64,000 bases of DNA from Candidatus Poribacteria bacterium (lineage in GTDB: Bacteria; Poribacteria; WGA-4E; WGA-3G): assembly GCA_963665235.2 (NCBI GenBank), contig CAXXLX010000002.1:384001-448000 (forward strand). Reading direction: 5' to 3'. The notes beneath the pieces were generated by a model. That model worked only from the letters and a program-made list of their open reading frames with translations, ran no database searches and was not told the DNA's origin. Made by a program: the position numbers and the translations under genes. This document shows positions 1-8,960 of this stretch, one piece after another. How positions within the stretch are numbered: position 1 is the stretch's first letter; every line of letters starts with the position of its first letter.

Positions 1-80
1 CCATTCGGTGCTTGTGCCATAAAGACGATAGTCATCACAAAAACCAATAAAGTTGCACATTGAATCAGTTTGGATTTCAT
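1..80 (-). CDS. 5' end of a probable secreted protein (partial, runs off window)
   Basis: ATG at 80 preceded by GGAGG; MKSKLIQCATLLVFVMTIVFMAQAPN looks like a signal peptide. Confidence 0.6.
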   Translation of the reverse strand, partial: MKSKLIQCATLLVFVMTIVFMAQAPN

Positions 81-157
81 TTTTATCCTCCAAATTGCCA
101 CTCAACCGTGGCGTTCAGATGTGGCAGTTTTGTGCACACATCCTATTGTTTTTACTA

Positions 158-297
158 CAGGACTTACGCAGCACGTTGCTAAAGTCCATAGATAATGGGA
201 TTTAGAGATTGACTTAGCGGGCTGGGGGACCCAGCCCTAGAGGAGCGGGCTGTTTGCCCGAATACTGAGCTTATGTTCTAAATTTGCGTAAGTCCTG
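158..297. mobile_element. MITE with CAGGACTTACGCA terminal inverted repeats
   Basis: 13-bp TIR at 158-170 and 285-297; relatives at 31299-31412 and 33812-33912. Confidence 0.7.
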
Positions 298-553
298 GTA
301 ATATTAAAATCCCTTCAATTTTTCGCAAAAATCTTATATTATGATTTTTAGCACTTTTTCGTAATATGTAATTTTATATTACGATTTTTAGCACTTTTTC
401 ATAATATGGAATAATAACGGTTTTCGGTCAGTGTGCAGCTTCCTTCCTTCCAATCTTTCACCCTTCCCTTTGACTGGACGCACCCCTAAAATTGTCCAAA
501 GTTTAGTAACTTGTACAGAAACTTTACACACTCTCTTATCAACGCACAAAACA

Positions 554-588
554 CGGGGGTTAGACCCAAGCATAAATGCTTGGGATTG
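554..588 (-). mobile_element. solo IS200/IS605-type left-end hairpin
   Basis: TTAA|CAATCCCAAGC-loop-GCTTGGGTC, same start as the left end of the 37055-37571 element. Confidence 0.5.
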
Positions 589-1509
589 TTAAGGTTTATC
601 CGTCAACAGGAAAGAATCATCAGTAAATTCCTTATTATATTTGTCCCACACTTCATCAGAAATGGGGGTTGTGGCAGCCACGAAATTTTGCTCCACCTCT
701 ATTGCATTCTTGGAGCCTGTCAATGTTGTAGCAATTAACGGTTGACGGAGGCAAAATTGAATAGCGAGATTCAGCAGGTTCAAATTGTTATCAGTTGCCC
801 ACTGCCAAAGTTGATGCGCTTTTTCTGCCTCAGGAGCTCTTGTTGCAATATCCGGCTCAAGTCCTGTCAGTAGTGCCATTCCCAAAGGGCTGCCGTTGAT
901 GACACCGATGTCGTTTTCAGAAGCAAAGAGTAATAACCACTCATTTGCGGTTTGGCTAAGTAATGTGTAATCCAGATGGGTTAGGATGACATCAACTATG
1001 CCGGTTTCTATAGCAATTTTATGGAATTCATGTTCTCGGACACCGAGTCCGATAAATTTAACCAATCCTTCCTCATGCATCCGCTGTAGTTCATCCAACG
1101 CGCCACCTTTTGCCACAACCGGTTCCATGCTTGACGGGTCATGCACTAAGCAGACATCAAGGTAATCAGTGCCCAACAAGTGAAGACTATTTTCGACGCT
1201 TCGTCGCGTGCCGGACGCGCTATAATCACCTCGCCATTTTGGGTGTGTGCCTGTTTTTGTCGCAAGAAAAATCTTCTCACGCCACCCATCAGCAAGTGCT
1301 AACCCTACGCGTCTTTCGCTTTCGCCATATAGCGGTGAAGTATCGAGATAATTCATTCCCAATGTAATTGCACGGCGGACCGCTTCAATCGCTTCATCAT
1401 CGGTGACTTCACCCCTGCCGATGCCTGCACCGCCCATACTAAGGCATGTGACTTGCAATTCGGTCCGTCCCAATCTCTGTTTTGGTAACGGATTTGTTTG
1501 TGTTGACAT
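589..1509 (-). CDS. aldo/keto reductase
   Basis: RLGRT..., DTSPLYG, ATK, DVCLVH motifs; ATG at 1509 follows GAGGAG. Confidence 0.9.
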   Translation of the reverse strand: MSTQTNPLPKQRLGRTELQVTCLSMGGAGIGRGEVTDDEAIEAVRRAITLGMNYLDTSPLYGESERRVGLALADGWREKIFLATKTGTHPKWRGDYSASGTRRSVENSLHLLGTDYLDVCLVHDPSSMEPVVAKGGALDELQRMHEEGLVKFIGLGVREHEFHKIAIETGIVDVILTHLDYTLLSQTANEWLLLFASENDIGVINGSPLGMALLTGLEPDIATRAPEAEKAHQLWQWATDNNLNLLNLAIQFCLRQPLIATTLTGSKNAIEVEQNFVAATTPISDEVWDKYNKEFTDDSFLLTDKP

Positions 1510-1524
1510 AGTGCTCCTCATTTA

Positions 1525-2388
1525 CTATTGTTGGTCCGCAATTTCTTGAAGTCGTGTTAAAATTCGCAATGCAGCTTGACGCGATAGCTGTTCATTAAAA
1601 TCCTCCGCCGCTTTCCCCGCGTGATAGAAGTTTCCCTGATAATATCGGAGGAAAATCGTCGCACCCAACAAAACCGCATCCACATAATATCCATCTAGTG
1701 CCGTATTGACGGTAACGAAACCGAGGCCCCCGTTTAGCATAAGCGCGTTTAAGCCATCCCCCCAATCCCCCGCATAGACCTGACCTGCTCCCGGTAAAAT
1801 TGCCGAAAGGATTTTGGCAACCTTGACAGATTTCCGAGAGGAGCGGATAGCTGAATCGAAAAGCGTGTTAAGTTCAGCGTCGTCGGTGTAGTGTTGCAAG
1901 GCTTCCTGGGCTTCTTGCCATCGGAACTGGTAAAGATAGGCAACCCCTTTCAAGAACGCCGCGCGCCGCAGCAAACCTGCCGAGGGGGAACGTAGTGTCA
2001 CTTTTATCAATTCCAATTGGGCGAGCTCGTAGTTTTGACCAGCAATTAGCATAACGGCAAGTTCCAATTGATATGTCGATTTCGTTTCGCTATCTGTGGC
2101 GTGAAGCATCGCAGCACGCATCGCGACAATTGCTGCTGACCACTGCGCTTGGGCGCGGTAAGCACGGCCGATGTTATAATAGGTTTCTGCTGCACGCACA
2201 TCGTCCGGGTAAAAAAAGAGGAAACGTTTATACTCCGTGATAGCAGCATCATAGTTGCCAACCGAGAAGAGATGGTCCCCGAGGGACAATAGGGTGTTCT
2301 CCGCCTTCACAGTCAAACCGCAGCAGAGGACAAATGCTATTAACAGAAAGGAAAATGCCACATGTTTCAAATTCATAAGGGTTGCCAT
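1525..2388 (-). CDS. secreted/membrane TPR protein
   Basis: signal peptide, TPR helices, LSAILPGAGQVY membrane motif. Confidence 0.75.
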   Translation of the reverse strand: MATLMNLKHVAFSFLLIAFVLCCGLTVKAENTLLSLGDHLFSVGNYDAAITEYKRFLFFYPDDVRAAETYYNIGRAYRAQAQWSAAIVAMRAAMLHATDSETKSTYQLELAVMLIAGQNYELAQLELIKVTLRSPSAGLLRRAAFLKGVAYLYQFRWQEAQEALQHYTDDAELNTLFDSAIRSSRKSVKVAKILSAILPGAGQVYAGDWGDGLNALMLNGGLGFVTVNTALDGYYVDAVLLGATIFLRYYQGNFYHAGKAAEDFNEQLSRQAALRILTRLQEIADQQ

Positions 2389-2705
2389 TCACAGAAATAG
2401 AATTCGAGGTCATCGACGGAGGGAGATAACGTTATCTTATCGGCTGGTACTGCTACTCGAAGGCGCAGCTTCACAATTAGCATCGCGTCACCGATGTCCA
2501 GCGTCGCTTGTGCGCGAGATACCTCAATTGGCACATCCGCTATTTCTTCAATAAGGCGAGCTGTCTCCGGATAACCGATATAGCTTTGAAAGTTTTCCGC
2601 TTCGGCAGCTTCCCGCAGCCGTGCTCGGAATTCTGATAGTGGAATCTGCCGCAGTGTATACTGCCCCTCATTGGGCATGACAGCGGCATTCAGCAAATGA
2701 ATCAT
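2373..2705 (-). CDS. DUF1874 (YddF / STIV B116 / AcrIII-1 ring nuclease) family protein
   Basis: LLNA..., F.SYIGY..TA, V.R....L..GD..LIV.L..R pattern; 110 aa. Confidence 0.7.
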   Translation of the reverse strand: MIHLLNAAVMPNEGQYTLRQIPLSEFRARLREAAEAENFQSYIGYPETARLIEEIADVPIEVSRAQATLDIGDAMLIVKLRLRVAVPADKITLSPSVDDLEFYFCEWQPL

Positions 2706-2793
2706 AGTTGCTCCAAATAGGCGCAGGGTTAAAAACTTTTCTTGTCAAATATATTTTAGTTTACCATATTTGGCGAAATTGTGCCAATTCTTT

Positions 2794-2950
2794 ATCGCGA
2801 GCGGAGCTCGCTCCTACAGAAGAGAACTTTCATAAATCGCGAGCGGAGCTCGCTCCTACAGAAGAGAACTTTCATAAATCGCGAGCGGAGCTCGCTCCTA
2901 CAGAAGAGAACTTTCATAAATCGCGAGCGGAGCTCGCTCCTACAGAAGAG
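2794..2950. repeat. 42-bp tandem repeat x3.7 built on a GTAG-type REP
   Basis: unit ATCGCGAGCGGAGCTCGCTCCTACAGAAGAGAACTTTCATAA at 2794, 2836, 2878, 2920. Confidence 0.95.
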
Positions 2951-3056
2951 GACTTACCGAGTGTTCAGAATCTGAACAAGTGCATTCCACTACCGGAAAG
3001 ACAGGAGTTGCGATAGTTCTATGCTATTCGTGTGTTTTCGGCGTTTGCGATGAGAT

Positions 3057-3072
3057 TGGCACGGAATTTGCC
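3057..3072 (+). promoter_or_regulatory. sigma54 -24/-12 promoter
   Basis: TGGCACGGAATTTGCC matches TGGCACG-N4-TTGC. Confidence 0.6.
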
Positions 3073-3136
3073 CAACAATTTATTATTGGGTGAGGATTTC
3101 CCTGTCCCTGTAAGAAGACAAAGAAGGAGATTAACC

Positions 3137-3355
3137 ATGCGTCTACTAATAGCAAGCCTCAGTGTCCTCATTTTCCTCTTCTTTGCAATGGAGGCAAGTG
3201 CCAAAATCGTTTTTGACTCGACCCGTGAGGGCGTAAACGGCATCTATGTCATGGACGATGATGGTGGCAACGTCGCACTCTTGACAGATACGTTGGAACT
3301 GGATTTACCACGTTGGTCGTCCGATGGCAAGTATATTGTGTTTTCGTGTTTTTGA
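3137..3355 (+). pseudogene. truncated TolB-like/PD40 protein (N-terminal paralog of 3769-4917)
   Basis: AKIVF.S.R.G...IYVMDDDG..PRWS.DGK matches the next gene but stops after 72 aa. Confidence 0.65.
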
Positions 3356-3768
3356 GACAAACGGATAAGTGAAATAAATAGATTGTTTTGATGAGGATAA
3401 ACGCTTTCAAAATATTAGGCAATCAAAAATCCTATATTTTTTCTTGATACTTTGGACGAAATATGGTATCATTTTATTCGTTATGATGCAATGCTGTTGA
3501 GGGCTGCATTTTTGTGCATCATTCCGAGGGAAGGTTTTATCGCTCCAACATCAACGAATACGGAACATTCGGAGGATTTCCCTGTCAATCTAAATGGACA
3601 AGGACGGGGTATCTACGAGTCCTGGGCATATACTCGAATTGAAGTCGAGGGTGAGGGAACCACGGCAACAAGCACTGAGGAGTTTCATCACGAGGATGAT
3701 TAAGTAAACCCGGTTTTCCGAGGGGTTTTCCGCTCTGGGAGACCCCTCTCTGCTAAAGGAGGACTCCA

Positions 3769-4917
3769 ATGCGGATATTAACAACCTTATGTCTCACCTT
3801 ACTCCTCACATCGATGGTGAACGCAAAAATCGTTTTTCGATCCAAACGCGATGGGAATTACGAAATCTACGTGATGGATGATGATGGCAGCAACCTCCAG
3901 AGATTAACAAATAACCCGCTCTCAGACAGTGGACCTCGCTGGTCGCCAGATGGTAAACATATTGTTTTTATGCGGCAAGTGGATATAAGAGATAACCAAC
4001 GATCTCACCTTTTCATCATGAATGCGGATGGCACAAATGAACGTCAACTCACAGAACCACATCCATTTGTTGGGGCAGATCTAGATCCTGTGTTCTCACC
4101 GGATGGGAAGTCCATCCTCTTTTATAGGCTTCGCGGTAACGAGGACGACGGTCTTTATGTGATGGACCTTGAAAGCGGTGTGGTGAAAAGGATATCCGAC
4201 AGACTTATGAACGATGCTGAGTTTACGCCTGATGGCAGACATATCACCTTTTCAAATGTTACGGTCGCTCAGAACGCAGATGCTGCGAATGTCTTCATTA
4301 TGCGTGCGGATGGCAAGGATGTGCGTCCACTCCTACCGCGGATACCTGATGGCATACATCAGACCCGCCGTTTCGCAAGTTTCTCACCGAACGGTAAGAA
4401 AATTTTGTATGCGGAATCTACATTTGAGAATGAACTCAAACAGTTGGATAATGGTGGGTGGGCGTTTTTCCCGATAGCATATCGGACCTTTATATGTGAT
4501 AGCAACGGGAACAACCCATCGAAGCTGAATATTCCGACAAATTGGTTGAAGTATTCATTGGTGTGGATGGATAACGGTAAGGCGGCACTTTTTAGTGCGG
4601 ACAAAGATTTTGATATTCAACAAGCATGGGACGATCCGGAAAGGACGTTTGATATTTATAGATACGATATTGTGAAGCGGCAAATTACACCCCTCACAAC
4701 CCATCCTGCAAGTGACCAAGCAGCGCATTGGATAAGCGACGATGTCCTATCCGTATCGCCTATAGGGAAGCAGCCCGTGCAATGGGGGGAACTCAAGACG
4801 TTTGTACCTGCATATCGTGTAGTCTCCAAAGCGGTTTCAGCAAGCATTAAGAATCTAATGGAAGTCCGGCGATTTATCAAGTGTCGCCCACTCCGGAGCT
4901 TGGCTTGTATTTTTTGA
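3769..4917 (+). CDS. secreted TolB-like PD40 beta-propeller protein
   Basis: signal peptide; repeated WSPDG/FSPDG motifs; VSPIGKQPVQWGELK near the C-terminus. Confidence 0.85.
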   Translation: MRILTTLCLTLLLTSMVNAKIVFRSKRDGNYEIYVMDDDGSNLQRLTNNPLSDSGPRWSPDGKHIVFMRQVDIRDNQRSHLFIMNADGTNERQLTEPHPFVGADLDPVFSPDGKSILFYRLRGNEDDGLYVMDLESGVVKRISDRLMNDAEFTPDGRHITFSNVTVAQNADAANVFIMRADGKDVRPLLPRIPDGIHQTRRFASFSPNGKKILYAESTFENELKQLDNGGWAFFPIAYRTFICDSNGNNPSKLNIPTNWLKYSLVWMDNGKAALFSADKDFDIQQAWDDPERTFDIYRYDIVKRQITPLTTHPASDQAAHWISDDVLSVSPIGKQPVQWGELKTFVPAYRVVSKAVSASIKNLMEVRRFIKCRPLRSLACIF

Positions 4918-5156
4918 TTTTCATCAAAGCGCGCCTCCCAAGGCGCGCTTCCTCTAAAAGTTATGTTATCTGCAATTCAGTCAATTTCTGCCGACCTCCT
5001 TTCCCACTAACCTCTCAATGTTACGAAAACCTTCGGAGCATGCCTACGATTTTCACCCTCGCGAACCTTTTGTACGTTAACATGTCTAATAAGCTCGATA
5101 GCAGCTCCAAATTTTAAATCAACAAACACATTTTTTCCGTAAAAGAGAGAAATTAC

Positions 5157-5783
5157 ATGATGATAACGGACATAGGTAAGAATTCAGAAACTCTCATCAA
5201 CACACGCATGAAAGCACTCTTTGTTGCACAAGACGATAAACCTGCAACGTTAAAAAAAATCAACCTTGCACGACTAACACCGTTCCAACGGGGGCTCCTC
5301 GTCACGGATGGAACGGTTACACGGTTTATTGAAGCGTATACGTTCATGCCGGTCGCAGTCGTGCTGCTACAGCAAACGAAACGGACACTCATCACCGAAC
5401 ATGCCTGGCTTGAACTGCCAGCAGGGGAAGAGGTTATCTCACGTCAGGTAGTCCTCCAAAGTCAGCGACAAGACGAACCGTTGCCGATAATTCATACTTA
5501 TGCAGACTCGTTGATTGTGCCGAAACGTCTACCGAAATCGCTTTTGATGGGTTTGGAATCTGACAAGCAGGGGTTAGGTGGGCTTTTGCGGCGTAGCGGT
5601 CTGGAGACGCGGCGTGAACTCTTATGGTGCGGTATTGAAACCTTAACCGAGCTCCCGCCCGAAATTGGACACCTTGAAGGTGAGCCGTTTATCAGTCGTG
5701 CCTATCGGGTGTTCGCTAATCAAGAGCCGCTTATACTGATTAATGAGAAGTTCCCGTTCTTCAGTGATTGGCATGAAGCATAA
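5157..5783 (+). CDS. chorismate pyruvate-lyase-like (DUF98/UbiC fold) protein
   Basis: LLVTDGTVTRFIE, RQVVL, YADSLI, LG.LL, INEKFP. Confidence 0.7.
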   Translation: MMITDIGKNSETLINTRMKALFVAQDDKPATLKKINLARLTPFQRGLLVTDGTVTRFIEAYTFMPVAVVLLQQTKRTLITEHAWLELPAGEEVISRQVVLQSQRQDEPLPIIHTYADSLIVPKRLPKSLLMGLESDKQGLGGLLRRSGLETRRELLWCGIETLTELPPEIGHLEGEPFISRAYRVFANQEPLILINEKFPFFSDWHEA

Positions 5784-5804
5784 AGTCGAAAGCCATAAAA
5801 CGGC

Positions 5805-5905
5805 AGGGCCATTTAGTTTTGAGGTTTTTATAGCATTTTGAACCGAACTCGGACAAGCAGTCTGCTCTTCTCGGTCGCGTGCACAGCACGCTCCTACAGA
5901 AGAGG
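5805..5905. repeat. REP-containing ~100-bp element; inverted copy at ~8706-8805
   Basis: reverse-complement similarity including TATAGCATTTTGAAC and CGCGTGCACAGCACGCTCCTACAGAAGAG. Confidence 0.75.
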
Positions 5906-5975
5906 GGTGGTGAACAAACAACGGAAAATATGGTGAACGAAATAGCCCCGCATAAAACGAAACGAAAGGATTTTC

Positions 5976-7082
5976 ATGTTACGCAAAATATTACTCACAC
6001 TTATTGTAATGGCAATGGCGTGCGTCGTTGCACTTACGCTTAATGTTTTTGAATCTGCAGACGTTGAAGCAGAAAAACCGGCAGAAATCGCCGAAATCTC
6101 TACCAACCCCACAATTGTCGCCTTGGCAACCGCCATGAAAAGTTTCCGCGAATCGCTAAGCGATGAACTACTGACAGAAGCCTCTTTTCCACTCGGTCAT
6201 AAGGAATCCTATTCCTGGACAAATGTTCCAGCAAGGGCAAGCGACAATCCCGGCGGCATCCATTTTGGTCGGTTATCTGAAGAACAATTGACACGTTTCT
6301 ATAAAGTTTTGGATGTGTTTTTAAGCGATGAGGGTTATACCAAAGTCTCCCTTATTACGAAAGCCGTTGGCGCAGAGCTGGGCAGCGTCGCCCCCGGCTC
6401 CTTGAAGCCGAACTACTATATCGCACTGTTTGGCAACCCGGAGACAGATGGGTCTTGGGGTTTTCAGTTAGATGGACATCATTTGGCACTTAACTTTTTG
6501 GTGCATGGCGATGAGGTCACTATCGTCCCCGCTTTTATCGGCACTTCACCTGCAAGCGTCGATGGCACCGCAGTACTTGGCAAAGAGAGAGCCAACGCTC
6601 TAACTGTGCTGAACAGTCTCAATGCAACACAAAAGGAGAAAGCAATTCAGACAGACGGCCGCCGCGGACTTAAAGTCGGCCCTGGCAGGACAACCGACCC
6701 CTATCTGAATTACGATTATTCCGATTTTGTCGGTATCGGTTTGAAGGCATCGGAGATGACCAACTCCCAAAAAGAGAATCTTCGGAAGTTGATTAAAACA
6801 TACATCTACAATCTCGAGACCAAGTTTGCAGATGTCTGGATGAAGGATATCGAGGCTGGATTTGACGACACCTATTTCGTTTGGATGGGGGGTAATACCG
6901 AAAACGATTCAATTTATTACCGCGTCTTCAATCCCGCTGTCTGGATTGAATTCAATGACGAAGGCAGAAACAATAGGGGGCCGAACCATATCCACACAAT
7001 TACCCGCTCACCGAGTGGAAAAGATTACGGCATTTTTGCACTGAATAGCGGACCGAAGACGCTTTTGGAACATTGGTTTTAG
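5976..7082 (+). CDS. DUF3500 domain protein
   Basis: WTNVP, YYIALFG.P, WGFQLDGHHLALN, IYYRV, NHIHTITR..DYG. Confidence 0.85.
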   Translation: MLRKILLTLIVMAMACVVALTLNVFESADVEAEKPAEIAEISTNPTIVALATAMKSFRESLSDELLTEASFPLGHKESYSWTNVPARASDNPGGIHFGRLSEEQLTRFYKVLDVFLSDEGYTKVSLITKAVGAELGSVAPGSLKPNYYIALFGNPETDGSWGFQLDGHHLALNFLVHGDEVTIVPAFIGTSPASVDGTAVLGKERANALTVLNSLNATQKEKAIQTDGRRGLKVGPGRTTDPYLNYDYSDFVGIGLKASEMTNSQKENLRKLIKTYIYNLETKFADVWMKDIEAGFDDTYFVWMGGNTENDSIYYRVFNPAVWIEFNDEGRNNRGPNHIHTITRSPSGKDYGIFALNSGPKTLLEHWF

Positions 7083-7122
7083 TGAGCTCCCAAAACTGAA
7101 TATCTCTGATGGAGGTGCACGC

Positions 7123-7725
7123 ATGTTTGAAAAAGTTTTAGAAGAGGTTGAGGCGCAATGCCGCGAAGAACGGATTCCGATGTTGGGCCCTGAAAAAGCG
7201 AAACTTCTCGCGAGTTGTGTTGAAAACGCAAAACCATCCCTTATCGTGGAGTGTGGAACTGCTATCGGCTACTCCGGGTTATGGATGCTACGCGTCCTGA
7301 AAACTTTAGGCACGGGACGGTTGATAACGGTAGAGATAAATCCTGATAGCGCACACCGAGCCCGCGAAAATTTTGAAAACGCAGGTGTCGCTGACCTTGT
7401 CGACTCACGTATCGGGGATGCGGCGGAAGTGCTTAAAACCATTCAAGACCCGGTCGATTTTCTATTCCTTGACAACAACAAGGACGGTTATTTTGCATGC
7501 TTCCAAGCAATTAAATCGCGGTTAACCGACCCAGCAACGCTTGTCGCTGACAACGTCGGTAGAGCAGAGCAGATGGCAGAATATCTGGAACATGTCCGTT
7601 CACACTACGACTCCGAAACCCATTGGTTTGAAAGTCGACGGCGACGAAGACGCGGCGGTGGCGAAGATGGCGATCGGGGACAGCGAAGACGCGACGGCAT
7701 GGAGGTTAGCATCTACCGCCGTTGA
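7123..7725 (+). CDS. class I SAM-dependent O-methyltransferase
   Basis: ECGTAIGYSG, VEINP, FLFLD, VADN. Confidence 0.85.
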   Translation: MFEKVLEEVEAQCREERIPMLGPEKAKLLASCVENAKPSLIVECGTAIGYSGLWMLRVLKTLGTGRLITVEINPDSAHRARENFENAGVADLVDSRIGDAAEVLKTIQDPVDFLFLDNNKDGYFACFQAIKSRLTDPATLVADNVGRAEQMAEYLEHVRSHYDSETHWFESRRRRRRGGGEDGDRGQRRRDGMEVSIYRR

Positions 7726-7757
7726 GCTGAAACCTGTTCTGCTTTTTGGAACTTAGG

Positions 7758-8618
7758 CTATAGTAAAAATTGATGAACTCTGTTCTTTGCGGTTTGGCAA
7801 TATTCGGGTGAGATGTCTATTCCCAGGAAGCGGCGTTGACTCTTTTTAGCGACAACACACGTCGTGCCGGTCCCCGCAAACGGGTCGAGGATAACATCGC
7901 CTCTGAAACTGAACAATTTCAGGACACGATATGCCAATTCTTCCGGGAACATCGCGGGATGGCCGAATTTGTGCATGTGTCGCTCCGGTGCAATTGTCCA
8001 CTTAGCCGAGACCCAGTTTTTGAAAGATTCCGCGTCAATATCGGCATCCTTTGAGTCGCCCGCCTTTTTCAACGTGCCTTTGCAAAAGATTTCCAAAAAC
8101 TCCCAGGTGTATTTGAGATAAGGACTTGAGGGACTTTTCCAACTCCCCCATGCAGTATATTTGCAATTGTAATGATTTTTTTCCCACAAAATCTCGCCTT
8201 TCCATATCAGTTTATTCCGCATAAAGTACTGTGAGATAACATGGTGCGTCGGGATATAATCCGAAAACAGCGGTTGAACGTTAACAATGATACGTCCGCC
8301 ATATTTCAGAACTCGTATACATTCATCGAAAATGTCGAACAACGTTTTGAAGTAGGTGTCCCATGCAAGGGCATCCTCGGTTTGCTGATAATCCAGTCCG
8401 AAGTTGTAAGGCGGTGAAGTGAAGATAAGGTCGATGCAATTATTGGGCAACGCTTTGAGGACTACCTGTGATTCCCCGCAGATAATTTTATCCGTGTATT
8501 CTTCGGGCAGCGGATTATTTTCGCGACTAAAATTATGGTTTGCAGCGTAATAATGTTTTCCGCGTTGCGCTTCTTTCTGTTTTCTATTTGCAACCTTTCG
8601 CTCTTTTGTCCTGTCCAT
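7758..8618 (-). CDS. orphan beta-class amino DNA methyltransferase (probably m4C)
   Basis: TSPPY precedes HPAMFP and LDPFAGTGTT. Confidence 0.88.
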   Translation of the reverse strand: MDRTKERKVANRKQKEAQRGKHYYAANHNFSRENNPLPEEYTDKIICGESQVVLKALPNNCIDLIFTSPPYNFGLDYQQTEDALAWDTYFKTLFDIFDECIRVLKYGGRIIVNVQPLFSDYIPTHHVISQYFMRNKLIWKGEILWEKNHYNCKYTAWGSWKSPSSPYLKYTWEFLEIFCKGTLKKAGDSKDADIDAESFKNWVSAKWTIAPERHMHKFGHPAMFPEELAYRVLKLFSFRGDVILDPFAGTGTTCVVAKKSQRRFLGIDISPEYCQTAKNRVHQFLL

Positions 8619-8826
8619 TTTTTTATTCTCTCTAAATGATAGATATGCACATATCAATTTAGAATATCATATTTTGCGAAAGGTGTCAAATGAATTTTTA
8701 GCCGCTCTCTTCTGTAGGAGCGTGCTGTGCACGCGACTAAGCGGAGCGGACTGCTCGTCCGAGTTCCGTTCAAAATGCTATAAAAGACCGAAAACTAAAT
8801 AGCCTTGTTTACAGTGAAATAAGCAC

Positions 8827-8856
8827 TTGACAACCCATCAAGGAACGTGTTATACT
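8827..8856 (+). promoter_or_regulatory. sigma70-type promoter of sulfatase-mobA
   Basis: TTGACA-N18-TATACT. Confidence 0.5.
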
Positions 8857-8960
8857 TACCTTAAGAATTGGAGCCAAACGCTATTTTAGGGTGTTGAACG
8901 GAGAGAATCTAAGCGAATCAACTATTTTTTACGTTTTAGTACAAAACGGAGTGACCAATA

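Noticed and set aside
2708-3016. ORF with SRAELAPTEENFHK repeats
   Set aside because: Translation of the 42-bp REP array; no RBS or family features.
3353-3395. Read-through of the TGA ending the PD40 fragment
   Set aside because: No Cys column, no hairpin, and further stops follow 12 codons later.
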